From NCBI GenBank assembly GCA_002633005.1, contig NMRA01000982.1:16361-80360 (forward strand): 64,000 nt of DNA, given 5' to 3'. The translations under genes and the position numbers were made by a program. The notes under the pieces are model-generated. The model had not been told where the DNA came from and did not search any database. It worked only from the letters and a program-made list of their open reading frames with translations. Positions within the stretch are counted from its first letter, which is position 1; each line of letters begins with the position of its first letter. This document shows, piece after piece, positions 10,309 through 22,070 of this stretch. This DNA is from Phoronis australis. Lineage: Eukaryota > Animalia > Phoronida.

Positions 10309-13300
10309 TTAAATACATGGTGAAAAGGCTTGCCGCCGTGCCAACTGAACTTGGTATTGCGTGAAAAGGGTGATGCTATGGGAGGAAGTAAGCACGACCT
10401 TATACAAAGGTAAGGTTTGTGATTATTTTAACGATTATTTCATGTTTATTCTACTGATGCCTGTTAACTGAGGTACTCGCCGATGTCGTCTTCGCGGCAG
10501 TCGCCAGTCGGATTAACCTTTGTTGTGATGTGTGTTACGATACTTGAAGTAGCACTCGGGATTTTTTCGTACATCAAAGCAGTATTATTAATGTTTGGAA
10601 TGATTTCTAACAGGTTTATCAGTGACAGTTACATCAATCAATGCTGAATGTTTATGCTGTCAACTCGATACTGGTTAGTGAGCTAAGCCTTTGAAAAGGA
10701 ACAGCTATTTTTAAAGAAATGTATGCAAGTCGTTTTCTTAATTTACTTCTTCAGGTCCTTAGCGGGAGGTTGGCATAGGGGGATGGGGTTGTAAAATGTG
10801 GTGCAACTGAATGTGTGGAAACAACAGGTAATAGTGTCGGGAGAAAGAGCATGGTGAGGTAATTCTTAACCTTCATGAAGTTCCTTCAAGTTTATTTCAT
10901 GAAACTGTTTTGCTATCAATTGTAAACCCATAAAAATATATTACATTTTCTGAATTCTTAACGACTTGAAATGTTGCAAGTCGTTTATAAATTCAAATGG
11001 CTGTCATTTTTGTGAAAATTGCATTTTTGATGGTGCTTTACGATTTGTAACTACTCTTTAAGAACAGAGATTATCCATCTTATTTTAAGTGACCCAAGTT
11101 TTCATATCCTCTAGTAGAAGAAAAATCAAAAGTCTGAGAAACTTTTCCCTCACCCTTAGACTAGAAGTATGCTTGACAGACCCATGAATCTGTAATCGGA
11201 GTTTAAAATTGCTGAAAGCATCAAAAATAAAGAGGCTTGAAAATGGGTAACAAAGGTTTGAAGTTGTCTCTAATAACTTGCATATTTTGCAGACAAGTGA
11301 TGCGTTTAATGAACTGTTCTGACTAAGAATGAAAAAGAAAGACGCAGTTTTATACAATACTTATTATATGCACCCTTGTTTTCTGGAAATAGTAATTATT
11401 TAATTTTGTGTGAAATTGTAGAGCAGTCACCATATCATACTTTTGAAAAACAGGGGTAGCATTTTGACACAACCTGGAGTACTTAATTATTCATATTTCA
11501 TTATTTGTTCCAGGTTCAGTGACATTTTAAGGCCACTTCAAGCCGAAACATAGACAAGCTTTGTTACTCCTTTCTCTTCCCACAGCATTTCCACACATCA
11601 GCAGTGCTCCTTGGCACAATGTACAAGTCAGTGGCCCAGGAGAAATGTGAATCGCAGTGCTAAGTTACCATAAGACAATATGCCAGTGGATTGTTTGTGT
11701 TAGAAGAGGAACTATATCTGACTGCTACACAAGTCAGCCTCGTTGGTGAGGATGCCCTTTCATAGGCAATGAGTTATGTGGACAACAGCTTATTTCCTTT
11801 CCTGGGAGAAACATCAGGGACTGAAGCTAAAGAAAACCTAGTGACACTCTGGTCTAGTTCAGGGTCAGATTTTGGGCACACAACGAGTTAAGTGATATGC
11901 TGTTGTGTTTACCTCCAAGGATCTAATTGTGGATGTTATTGAGGCTGAATGAGGTTACATGAAGGAAAGCCAGGTGCCGAAACTGGACCTTTTTACAAGC
12001 CCTTTTATATGTCATTGAAACTAGATCCCATTGAAATGAAAACCAAAAGCACCAGTTCTGGTATAAATACCTGTCCTTTCTCACTGAGTAACTTTTCAAT
12101 TTGGTACCCGTTATGGGAAAATTACATTCAGTGACTGCATCGATTGTCTCATTCTCAGTAGAAATCCCGTTGATGTTACACTTTCATGATGGAATAAATT
12201 TTTCATCAACAGGCAAGTTTGTCACTAATTATTGAAACCACAATATTTCTTCAGTTTTAAAACCTCATCAGTTGTGCTGATTCTTTATAAAGCTGAAATG
12301 ATTACCGATTACGCTTGCGAATTGTCATTTACTTGTTGAGCTATAGAGATGTGCAGCGATCAAAATGAAGTATTCCCTTTCTTTGCATTTGATTTTCTTG
12401 TGTGCAGGGGCAGATCCAGGATCCTGAGTTGGGGGGCAGGGCACAGGAATAATCAGAATTTCACCTCATGTGCGTGCACAGCCTAAAATTTTGGGATTTA
12501 GGGGGTCTCGAATTTTTGGGTTCAATTCTCTCAGGTTATTGCTGAAGGATTGCTTTTCACTTTGTCTAAAGGTAAAGCAGACGGTCAGGCGGCTGGTTTC
12601 AGTCATTTTCTCTCATCTAACAGAATAGTCAGAAAAAATAGCAAATTATAAAAGAAAACAAGACAAAACAATTTTAGTAAGGCAGAACATACTTGACGTT
12701 TCATCTTCATGTTTATATGTAGAAACTAATATAATCTTTGTACCCTGGAAGTCTTATTTAATATCTGAATAAAAATATGTGAAACAGGCTAAAAGTGATT
12801 TAAGAATGTGTATTTTCATGACACCTGAAATGTGTTTCTGATCTCAACAAATAAAATTCATTCTAGGTGTCAATTTTTATTCCAATGCAATGTTACGACA
12901 TTTACTTACTGTATGTTAATTCGATAACTAATCTGGTAGTCCTGGAGTTGGGTTCCGCTAAGAAAACTCACTCATCTAGAGAATTTTATCAGAAACAGCA
13001 TAGTTTTGAAGAGAAAGTGCTGTGAAAAAGTCACCCTTGACTTCTGAGCGTCACGTACAATACACCTCTTATATTGGGCGCACTCACATCCAGGACAATA
13101 TGAATGTGCTGTATGAGCTGCTAGCCTACCATCCGGGTCCCGGGTGAGTTTCCGAAAAGAGAACTTAGTTCTACTGAATAAACCCGTTATTCAGTAGGGA
13201 AACTGGTGGGGATAACATCACCGAACGATGTCGATAGAAACTGTTTGCCAAAACGTACTAAGTAACGTTATGTAGTCTGTCAATGGAAATGCATAGAGCA

Positions 13301-14267
13301 CACAGTGAGGCTTCGGCATTCACACAATTTTTGTCAGTCGGTTAACCCTTTTGACCGCAATTCTCCACGCCTGTAGTAACCTCTGGTCTTTTGGGAATTT
13401 GTGACCACCTGTCGAAGACTTGCACCAGGGAAAATAGCACTAATAAGGCTTAGCGTGACGACGTATTTTGATAACAATTCTGTTTTTTACCAGCTGTTTT
13501 CATGCAGACAGCGACGCATGCGCAATTCAAGCACCACTAGTACAGCAGCGGCACCGCGAGGAGAATTCTCCGAATTGCCCCATTGGAGACGGAACCACTT
13601 TCGATATTACAATTTAGTCTGTTTGACGCGTTCCAGGCCTCTTTAATGAGACGACTCACCGCTCATTGCTTTCTTACGCGATGGAATTTCGTAGTAAATT
13701 GTCATGGTTTCGACTATGTGGATGGGCGCCTTAGCTAGAGTTTAAAAGGATTCTTGTCGAAAATAAATGTATTTTTAATAGCGCTTTTTGCGAAGAAAAG
13801 TCGTCGAATTTGGACGTTGTTTGGTTCATTTTGAAGTCTACTGTACGTATTTGTGCCCACGAAATCAATGCTTAGATTCATCGATAGTCCATTATAGGGT
13901 TACAGTTACAGTATATCGCACCTTTTTAGAAAAGTTTGTATTTTGCCGAACATCTAGAAACATACATTTGTACTAAATCTAACTCAGTAGAAGTATACCT
14001 TTTCTGAGATGCATTTTGAATTTGTACTTTAATTTTATATCGGTGTCCGTGAAACTGTTAACGACCGGTAATCGAAATGAGGACCACTGAGGAGNGAGGG
14101 GGGGGGTGCTTACATGTATGTGTAATTCAAAAGAGCAACCAGGGCGATGGCCTGCAAACAGGAAGTCTGTGGCATCATTTTGGTCCTGGTGACTAGTTGT
14201 GTTGAATTGTTTTGAACGCTAATATTCTTTCTTCAGCTCACACGTGACCTGCGATTGTGTTTTCTAG

Positions 14268-14390
14268 TCCATCTTCATCAATCTGCACAAAGCCAAAGAA
14301 AAGGACCATACTTGGGGTAGCGCCGGCAAACACCTAAAACGAACCTGTATTAAGACCATCGTGCACTATCTGCTGAACGAGTCTAAACAG
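14268..14390 (+). CDS. alpha2-delta gene, internal exon (SIFINLHK...KRTCIKTIVHYLLNESKQ)
   Basis: Acceptor tgtgttttctag and donor GTATCA; 123 nt, phase 0-0, open. KRTCIKTIVHYLLNESK resembles the delta-chain start of alpha2-delta-1 (KQSCITEQTQYFFDNDSK). Confidence 0.7.
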
Positions 14391-16538
14391 GTATCATTGA
14401 TTAAAGGTATGACAGATAGTTCTACTTATATTTCAACAATCTCTGATTTCGATTTTACTCGTAATTTTTTAAAGTCACGTCTTGCGAACTGAAATAATGT
14501 GAGAATATGACAAATCACGAATATTGACCTTTTCAATACGCAATTTTCAATGGGTTCAACTATCTTAGGGATTATAGGTATTTTTAATCATTGTTTTATA
14601 AAAAAGTGAAATTCGACTTATTCGTCACTTTTCACTCACCCGAGGCACGTAAAATTGAAGACATTTTTGTAGCAAATTCGACCAATTCCAATTGGCTTTG
14701 AAAATTTTAAGGGATATTTTGTGATAAAACGTACTTTTGTCTCGCGCAATGTACATGTACAACTAAGATTTCCACATTTAAGAACTTTTTGTTGTCTAGG
14801 TTCCGGAAGTGTTTACGTTAATATCCCCACACATTCGTTAATACACGAACCTTTTTATTAATTAGTAAAAATATCCTACTTACGTTCATCTCAAAGAGAC
14901 TCAATGACATACTTTATTCTTAGGGACTTTAAAGCTAATTCACCTTATGTTTCAACTTCTTTGTCTTGTGAGACAGTTCGGAAGGACATTAGTGGTCACA
15001 AGACCTTCTCTTTCTGACTTAACATCAACGGTCTCACTGTTTTGCATTGCTTAGACAGAGGCGTGTCCGTACACAGGGTAGCGGAAAGTGTGAGACAATG
15101 TTAGTGTCCATCACTAATTTGCATGCGCCGGCGTCAGGAGCGAAACTTTGATAGTGATCGTCATAAGATTATTGCGGGGGGGGGGCGGAGGACAGTCGCA
15201 CTCCAGAGTCAGGCAGAATGATAGGGGAGGCAAAGCGAAATGTGTAGAAGAGAAGTAAATCAAGATTAAAAAGAAAACATTTGTCGGCCGGAAAGTTCTG
15301 GATTTAACCTATGAATGCACCAGCAGTGACATGTTATTAATTAGGGGCATACAGTATAAACAATTGCACCATGTATTGTCTACACGCCCACGAAAACGGG
15401 CAATTCAGCATATTTCTACAAAGTCCACGAAAATTCAATGCGCAAAGTTCCAGAGCAAAGTGAAGAAGGCAACTTTTTTAGATTTCAAAGCTACTGCTCT
15501 CCAAAGACACTTCTGAGGCAATTGATAATGCAATAAACTGTAGCTCCTTTTTGTTTTTGAAATTATAAACGTGTACACTGTAATAAAGTTACATTAACGG
15601 GGACTCCCGAGAAGTGACGATAGCTACAATAACCATTTATTTACCGTTTTTAAAATTAGGTGGGGACCACCTCGATCTTTGATAGGGTACCGATGGTGTA
15701 CGCAATACCATGATGGTATCCATAACAGCTGCTTTCTTGTTTTATCAACAACCTGCTTATCTCAAGTGGCCTTGGGTGCGTGCTTCAGAGGTTGGAATCA
15801 GTTGTCACGTTTTGTTTACTTCGAGCACTACCCGTTTTAATAACTGAATTGCAACTATTCATGTCAACGGTGGTCATCATACTACATTGTACATAACAGT
15901 AATCTGAAAGGGTTTCCCAGATTTCAACCAGTGGGAATGACTGAATGTTATGACGTCGGTTTCATTATTATAAGCAATTAGAATCCTTGTTAAACAGCAT
16001 TCGACAGTGCTACCTTTCGTGAACGAGTGTAGAAGTTGTAAGCTCGCACAGTTCCGTTCAAGGAGCGAACTTTTGATTTCGACCAGGTCTCAGCTTGTAC
16101 CTTACTGCTGTAAGGAGGGCCGCGTATAAGAACTAACAGTTAGTTATTCGTTGAAACCATGCTTGGCGCGTACTCAGTGAAAAATGGCATGCTATGTCGA
16201 GCCGTTTGTTTATATAGGTCCCGATTTCTAGCAAGACTGGTACTTCTTTCGAAATCTTCAAGTCGTTTACAGTTTAACCAAGGAACGATTTGAGACCAAT
16301 TCCACAACGGTAAATTGCTAAACCAAACGTTCGTATCGAAAACCCCGCCTATGCGAGTTTCAATCGTAAATCACGTGTTGACGCATTACCGCCAGAGTAC
16401 AAGTACATTGTAGGCATAAACATTTTGAAGGGCTTCTCGATGGTAGGTCCTCGTAACTGGAAAAGAGAGCTTACATACCTTCAATTAGGGCTAACATTTG
16501 TTAGCGTTAATATTCATACTTTGAAACTCTGTTGTCAG

Positions 16539-16723
16539 CTGATGTATGAGAAAATGGAGTTTCCAGGTGACCTGAGCGACGACCCGTGCGGCGATGGGAC
16601 ATGGTACTTCATACCTATAGAAGACCCTATCAGCAAACTATCGACGAACATGTTTTTCCTCAAGATTTTTGACTTCAAGCCCAAAGACGCATTGTTCGAC
16701 TTTCACTGCCATATCATGAACAG
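16539..16723 (+). CDS. alpha2-delta gene, penultimate exon (LMYEKMEFPGDLSDDPC...STNMFFLKI...HCHIMNR)
   Basis: Acceptor ctgttgtcag and donor GTGACT. F-x-G...C...TN-M-F-F-L corresponds to the delta-chain FSG..C..TNLIFI motif. Phases fit both neighbouring exons. Confidence 0.75.
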
Positions 16724-16747
16724 GTGACTATCTTCTAGGCACACCTG

Positions 16748-17148
16748 GGCCCGGTCTCTAATGTTTGTACTCGAAACGAACTCGAAACTATTTTTGGCAA
16801 TTTCTCTGCTCCTTTTGTGCGAACTTAAGATAATTGGTTATCAGACTGTGCTCGAATACATTATAGTTTATGCATAGGAGTTTCTAGTTCAAGTTTGCCC
16901 TTGAAGACCCTTATATTCGTGCTACAAACTCGCGTAAAAACTCGAAATTTCGAGTTCAAACTCGAACTTATTGCTTTAATATTGGGTTTACAAACTGTGA
17001 ACTAAGGGCAATAAATTATCTACGTAAGTTATTGTGTATTCGAGCATAGAATAATGGACACTTATCTTGAGTTCGCCCAAAAGTAGAGTAGAAAATGCCA
17101 AACCTAATTTCGAGTTCCATTTCGAATAAAAAGATTGGAGACCGGGCC
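16748..17148. mobile_element. PIF/Harbinger-like MITE in the last intron of the alpha2-delta gene
   Basis: Inverted termini GGCCCGGTCTCTAAT...ATTGGAGACCGGGCC with further inverted ACTCGAAA blocks; flanked by CTG and CGG. Confidence 0.65.
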
Positions 17149-17910
17149 CGGGTCTTTGTTGATGGGGTCCGAGAGGGGTTGACACACGCTTTCCATGTAG
17201 ATATGCGCGAATTCCATCTACCTCTGTCAAAATGAACTGTAACATCGGTTACTTAAAGGGTTGTCCACTATGGGGATATGGTGGAAGGCACCGGATTCGG
17301 ACGCTACCAAAATTTTAGAGCTACATGTATGGAAAGATTTACTTTCGAAACTTGTGGTTGCCTCCCTTACAACATTCTAGATCTTCAGGCTGGCAAAAAT
17401 CGTCCTTAAATTTTGGGCGTCGTGTGATACGTTTTCGACGAATTTCAACCTGAATTAACATTCAGCGAAAGATCACTTTCTTAGAAGATTTAACTTTTAT
17501 TTGAATTGTTATTTTTTAATTCCATCTAGTCTATTTTCGTAGAAGCGAACATGTTAGGTCATATTGTGTCTTCCAGTCTTCGATGATTCCAGAAAGCATG
17601 CGCACAAATACTGAACCGTGAACATTCGGGTAAGACTCGTGAGCGCACGAGTGGGAGCATTTCCTAAATATTGTAGCTGTTAAAGTGACCTGAGGTGGTT
17701 TGCGTAGCCAAAATGCAGTTAACCAAAAATCGAAGGAGTGATTTGCTCTACTGTAAAAGAGCGCCACCAATTGTAGCCTTCTTCGGAAGTGTCTGGTTGT
17801 ATCGCTACTATGTAGTAAAGTGGAGTCAAACACAGTAAAAAGTGGTTTTGGTACGTTTTCAACATTTCCTGTCATTTGCTCTACTCTGTCTTCTTTCTTC
17901 CCAACTGCAG

Positions 17911-18133
17911 AATTTTCGCCGCTGGCTCTTTTAATGCTGTGCCTGACCCGTGCGATTTGGCGAAGAAGAATATCTACCAGATCCAAAAGAAGGCGGCTCT
18001 CTGTGGCATCGTGTCTTCCGCTCTTCAGTACTACAGGTGTGAAAGTTATGGCTGTGCTCTCTTCTCCCAGTTGACTGTGGCTGTCGTTGTGATAGTGGCG
18101 ACGATTTTGTTCATGACATTTTACATGCAGTGA
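17911..18133 (+). CDS. alpha2-delta gene, last coding exon with C-terminal hydrophobic (GPI-signal or TM) tail
   Basis: Strong polypyrimidine acceptor ending ctgcag at 17910. PDPCDLAKKNIY...C...YRC then TVAVVVIVATILFMTF-stop parallels alpha2-delta PNPCDMVKQPRY...C...DC plus hydrophobic tail. Confidence 0.8.
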
Positions 18134-18345
18134 CATTTCTATGGCTTCAAGGCGGGTATTTCGTTTCTTGTCTTAACAAAGATTGATTGTTGGAATGGTC
18201 TTATTTTTTAATCATTATCCATCAAACACACGCACAGTTGGAAAGTGCGAGTATCCTACAGATAAACAACACGCACGTAATCGTTGTTGCATATCGGAAT
18301 CTCAAATTTACACAAACCACCATTCGCGTACATGTATTACACAAT

Positions 18346-18505
18346 CAGGGGCAGATCCACTATTTTTAGTTGGGGGCAGAGCTGAGAATTAGTCAGGATT
18401 TTCCCCGTAAGACATTCGCACTCCCGAATTGCCAAATAGAATCTGGGAGAGTTTTAGGGGGGGGGGCATGGCACCCTTGCCCCCCCCCCTCTAAATCCGC
18501 CACTG
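18346..18505. mobile_element. 160-bp MITE (CAGGGGCAGAT...ATCCGCCACTG) with 5-bp TSD ACAAT
   Basis: Imperfect TIRs, with ACAAT at 18341-18345 and 18506-18510. A related 5' end occurs at about 12405. Confidence 0.65.
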
Positions 18506-18535
18506 ACAATAGCCCCTAGTAGGTAGCAAAAATAC

Positions 18536-18603
18536 TTATATATATAAAAACATATGTATGTATATGTATATGAATATGTATATGTATATATATGTATATA
18601 TAT
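18536..18603. repeat. (TA)n/(TATG)n microsatellite
   Basis: Directly visible simple repeat. Confidence 0.8.
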
Positions 18604-21313
18604 CGGGTGAACTAAAACGCTCCAAGATTTGAAGTGCTGTAATAATGTTCCGATACATGATCGTACTGGCTTCAGTCACATGTAAGATTTGTCATACTAG
18701 CAGCACACTTTGGAAAACAGTTTCAGGTCTTGTTTCAGATGGTGCAGTCGCACAACCGTTTCTTGAACGATCAATCTATCCAGAGTTCTCTAAAAGATAA
18801 CGTGCTTGAAGTTCTAGGTAATGAAGTTACAAACTAGAGCAAAATTGAAATTTTGCATATGGGCAGTCTTGATTCGTATATTCAAAAAAATACTCAAGTT
18901 CGCCGTGATTCCAACCCCGGCGGTTGAAATACCCGAGGGGTGCTACCTAGACATGAAAAAATAGCACTACTACTACACACTCCAGGTTTGTACCGAATGT
19001 GTAAAATTTGCGAGGTGAATGAACGCTTTGCCATACATACTGATTCTCAAATACTTAACACTAGTGAACTCGAGTGATAAAAAGACGATTAATAACGAAA
19101 CGGCGTATCCGACACAGTCTGACGAATGACACAGGGAGGAGCTCGTGTTGATGAATTACCCACACGACTGGATGCTTTGTGTTAGATAGAACAATAATTG
19201 CAATCGGACAGACATTAGCTATTTCAGTTTTTTCGTTTCCAAAACGTTAATGTCGCCCAGAAATGGAAAATTCACTTCCTTGCGTCGGACACGGGTATGG
19301 TAGTACATGTACACCGTGACATTGAAGTAAGCGATCCGTTCAGGGGTCGCTGTGCTCAGCCTATTTTGAAGAATTATACTTCGATACGTCTCAGAAACGG
19401 TGATTTGATGAAAGTTTCTCCAACGTGTAAGTGCAGTTGATGGAGATTCGGTGTATTGTATTGTGCCACTGCTGGGAACGTAGTATACACGTAATCGATC
19501 GTAATTTGGTAAAAATTATGAAAACAAACCGTAGAAATGAGTTACCGTTATGTTGGATCTTGTTGAAAGGACTGTGTACTAACGGAATATCTACAGCGTA
19601 TACATACCCTGATGGAAGAAAGTCTGTAAGATTCGTATTTGTATTTGACTTTTTACCAACTCGTTATTACTTAGATCAAGTGACCATGTCTTTTAGTAGA
19701 ATTTTTATTTTGATTTTCGCCAGGTCAACCCCTGTTCTAAATAATGCACCAATCGTTATCCACGTGTAACCAAAACGTTGCGGGTTAAAATTTCGCTTTC
19801 TGTGGATTTTCATCGGAAAGGGTAATCCCCAAAAAATAATCAGAATATTTCTTATACATGTATTTTAAGCCTAACAAAACTGAAATTGTAACTCTTTGCT
19901 TTTTATAACATCAAAATGTATCGCAGCTAAATCTTCTCCGATTATAAAGTAGCCGAGTGTAAATGTCTTTCACTTCAACAAAAGTCGCCAAGTTATCGGT
20001 GCTAGACTTGTAAGTCATATGTCACTCAATAAGTAACATCTACAGTACGTTGCCAAATTCTGGTGAAAATGTTGAATGGTACAGAATATTAGGCAAAGAT
20101 ATATTTCACCAAATTTATTTGTAAAACATTGGTTATTATCTTCATAAATTTTTCATTTGGATTTTTAAAATTTCGCATCAATAAATTGTGGCGATGAACA
20201 CTTCTTCACATTATTTTCTCATCTTTTGTCAACATTCAGCGCTCGATTTCATTTCCAATTACTTTGATTCTAAGGCTACGCCTTAACGTGCGATCAGCTT
20301 CTCTCCAAGAGACTGGGCCATTGGCTTTTTGCGCCAGCTTCGATCAACAATCTGCTTACACTGCCTGCGTCTGCCATTTGCAAGCACGGCACCTAGGAAC
20401 AAAACAGCAGATGAGGCGGTGACATCAATTCCTCTAACTTTGACTGGAAGCCTTTCTAAGAATCGCCGTTTGTAATTCAATAACAGAACACGACTGATTT
20501 TGCTGGTATAACTCTGAAATGTGCTGAAGAAATCAGTTCCATCACAAACAACCCAAATGCGTTTTTGTGGTTGTAAAATCTACTGCGCCCTTTTAATGAC
20601 AGAAATCCTTTCCCTGATTTGTCGGTGTACCAGCCTATGGCAAATGTTTTCTCTTTGTTTCACTATACCGACTATAAATAAAATGACTCGACTTCACTTC
20701 ACTTCATTCCGATGTGTCAGAGTTACAAACAGAAATGTTTCTGCATTGCAATATTGGACTACTTACATAGTCGATGGGCTTGTACGATTCCTTTATTCCC
20801 AGATCACTGGATATGCTACAAGGCCTATTCAATGTACGAATCGACGGCTATACATTGGTATATCAAGTTAGTTATTGCTTTAGGCGACATTCTTCACTTG
20901 GTTTGTCGCGGCGAGAGATTTGGTGCACGAAGCATAGTCACCGGTAAACTGAGTTTTGTTCACTTCAGCCTGGAAAGTTCGGCTCCTCACCTGAGTCATG
21001 GGTTAGGGTTGGGAACAGAATGACCAATTTTGTAGCTCAGTAAGTTCAAGTAAGCCCTGGATTTTAATTCTTTGACCACCGGGTCCTAGATGTGCGTTGG
21101 TCACGAAGTTCAAAACACAAACCCGCCCAGTGGCGGTTCTCATGCGGCGCCCGGCCTCGGCGCGGCGTAGACCCGTCGCCCTGTCGGACTCGGCACATCA
21201 CAACTAGCACCCAAACTCAATTCCAGCCGCCAAGAAAGGATCTTGATGATTTTTCAAAGGTAGGTCTTGTTCAATTTTACAGGATCAGGTTGTTATTTCA
21301 CTTCTGTTCCTAG

Positions 21314-22070
21314 CTGATATGGACCCGCGGACGGCGGTACACTACTAGGCCGCCGGCTCCTGCTGACCGTGAAAAATGCGGATTTGAAGATACTCTCATT
21401 TCCTTTACATTCACCAAGAGAACAGGATGATTTTCGTCGGTCGAAAGATATAACTGAAATATAAACATTTAGTAACTTTCAGGCCCGTTTGTGTTTGCCT
21501 ATTTTTCTAATATTTAGTCACCTGACCTCAATAGGCCCTCAAACACGCCGGCCACTCAGGCGGGCGCCGGGCAGATGAAGGAGTAAGCCTACCCATGAGT
21601 TAGATGTCACTGACATAGGCCTACTCTACTAACCTACTCTTCAAAATGCTTAATTTACAGTATTTTCCTTCTGTGTATTTAATTAAAATTTCTAGCGCGT
21701 TTCATGATATTTTTTCAACCTCTCCCTTTGTGAACTGGAGATTTCTACCGTCGACAAGGTGAAAAAATGTCGATAGAGGGCGCTCTAAGGCAGGCGTCAG
21801 GTGTCGCTCTAAACAAACACATGTCGAGGTGTGTGTAAGAAGAAAAGAGAAGAAGTTGCCCGCAGTTGGCAAAACTTGGCGGAGTCCCTGGTTATTTACG
21901 CAAAACGTATGTTACGAAATGTTTATATTTCAGTTATATCTTTCGACCGACGAAAATCACCCTGTTCTCTCGGTGAATGTAAAGGAAATGAGAGTATCTT
22001 CAAATCCGCATTTTTTCCGTCAGCGGGAGACCGGCGGCCTAGCTGTACCGCTGTCCGGCGTCCATATCAG
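21314..22070. mobile_element. MITE/foldback element with about 160-bp terminal inverted repeats
   Basis: 21314-21476 is a highly similar reverse complement of 21911-22070 (CTGATATGGAC...GTCCATATCAG). The interior is non-coding. Confidence 0.8.

Noticed and set aside
10320-12700. Series of splice-like signals suggesting a nested gene
   Set aside because: I could not chain open exons or recognise a protein.
17531-18136. 201-aa minus-strand ORF
   Set aside because: Antisense shadow of the last alpha2-delta exon and its intron; no motif.
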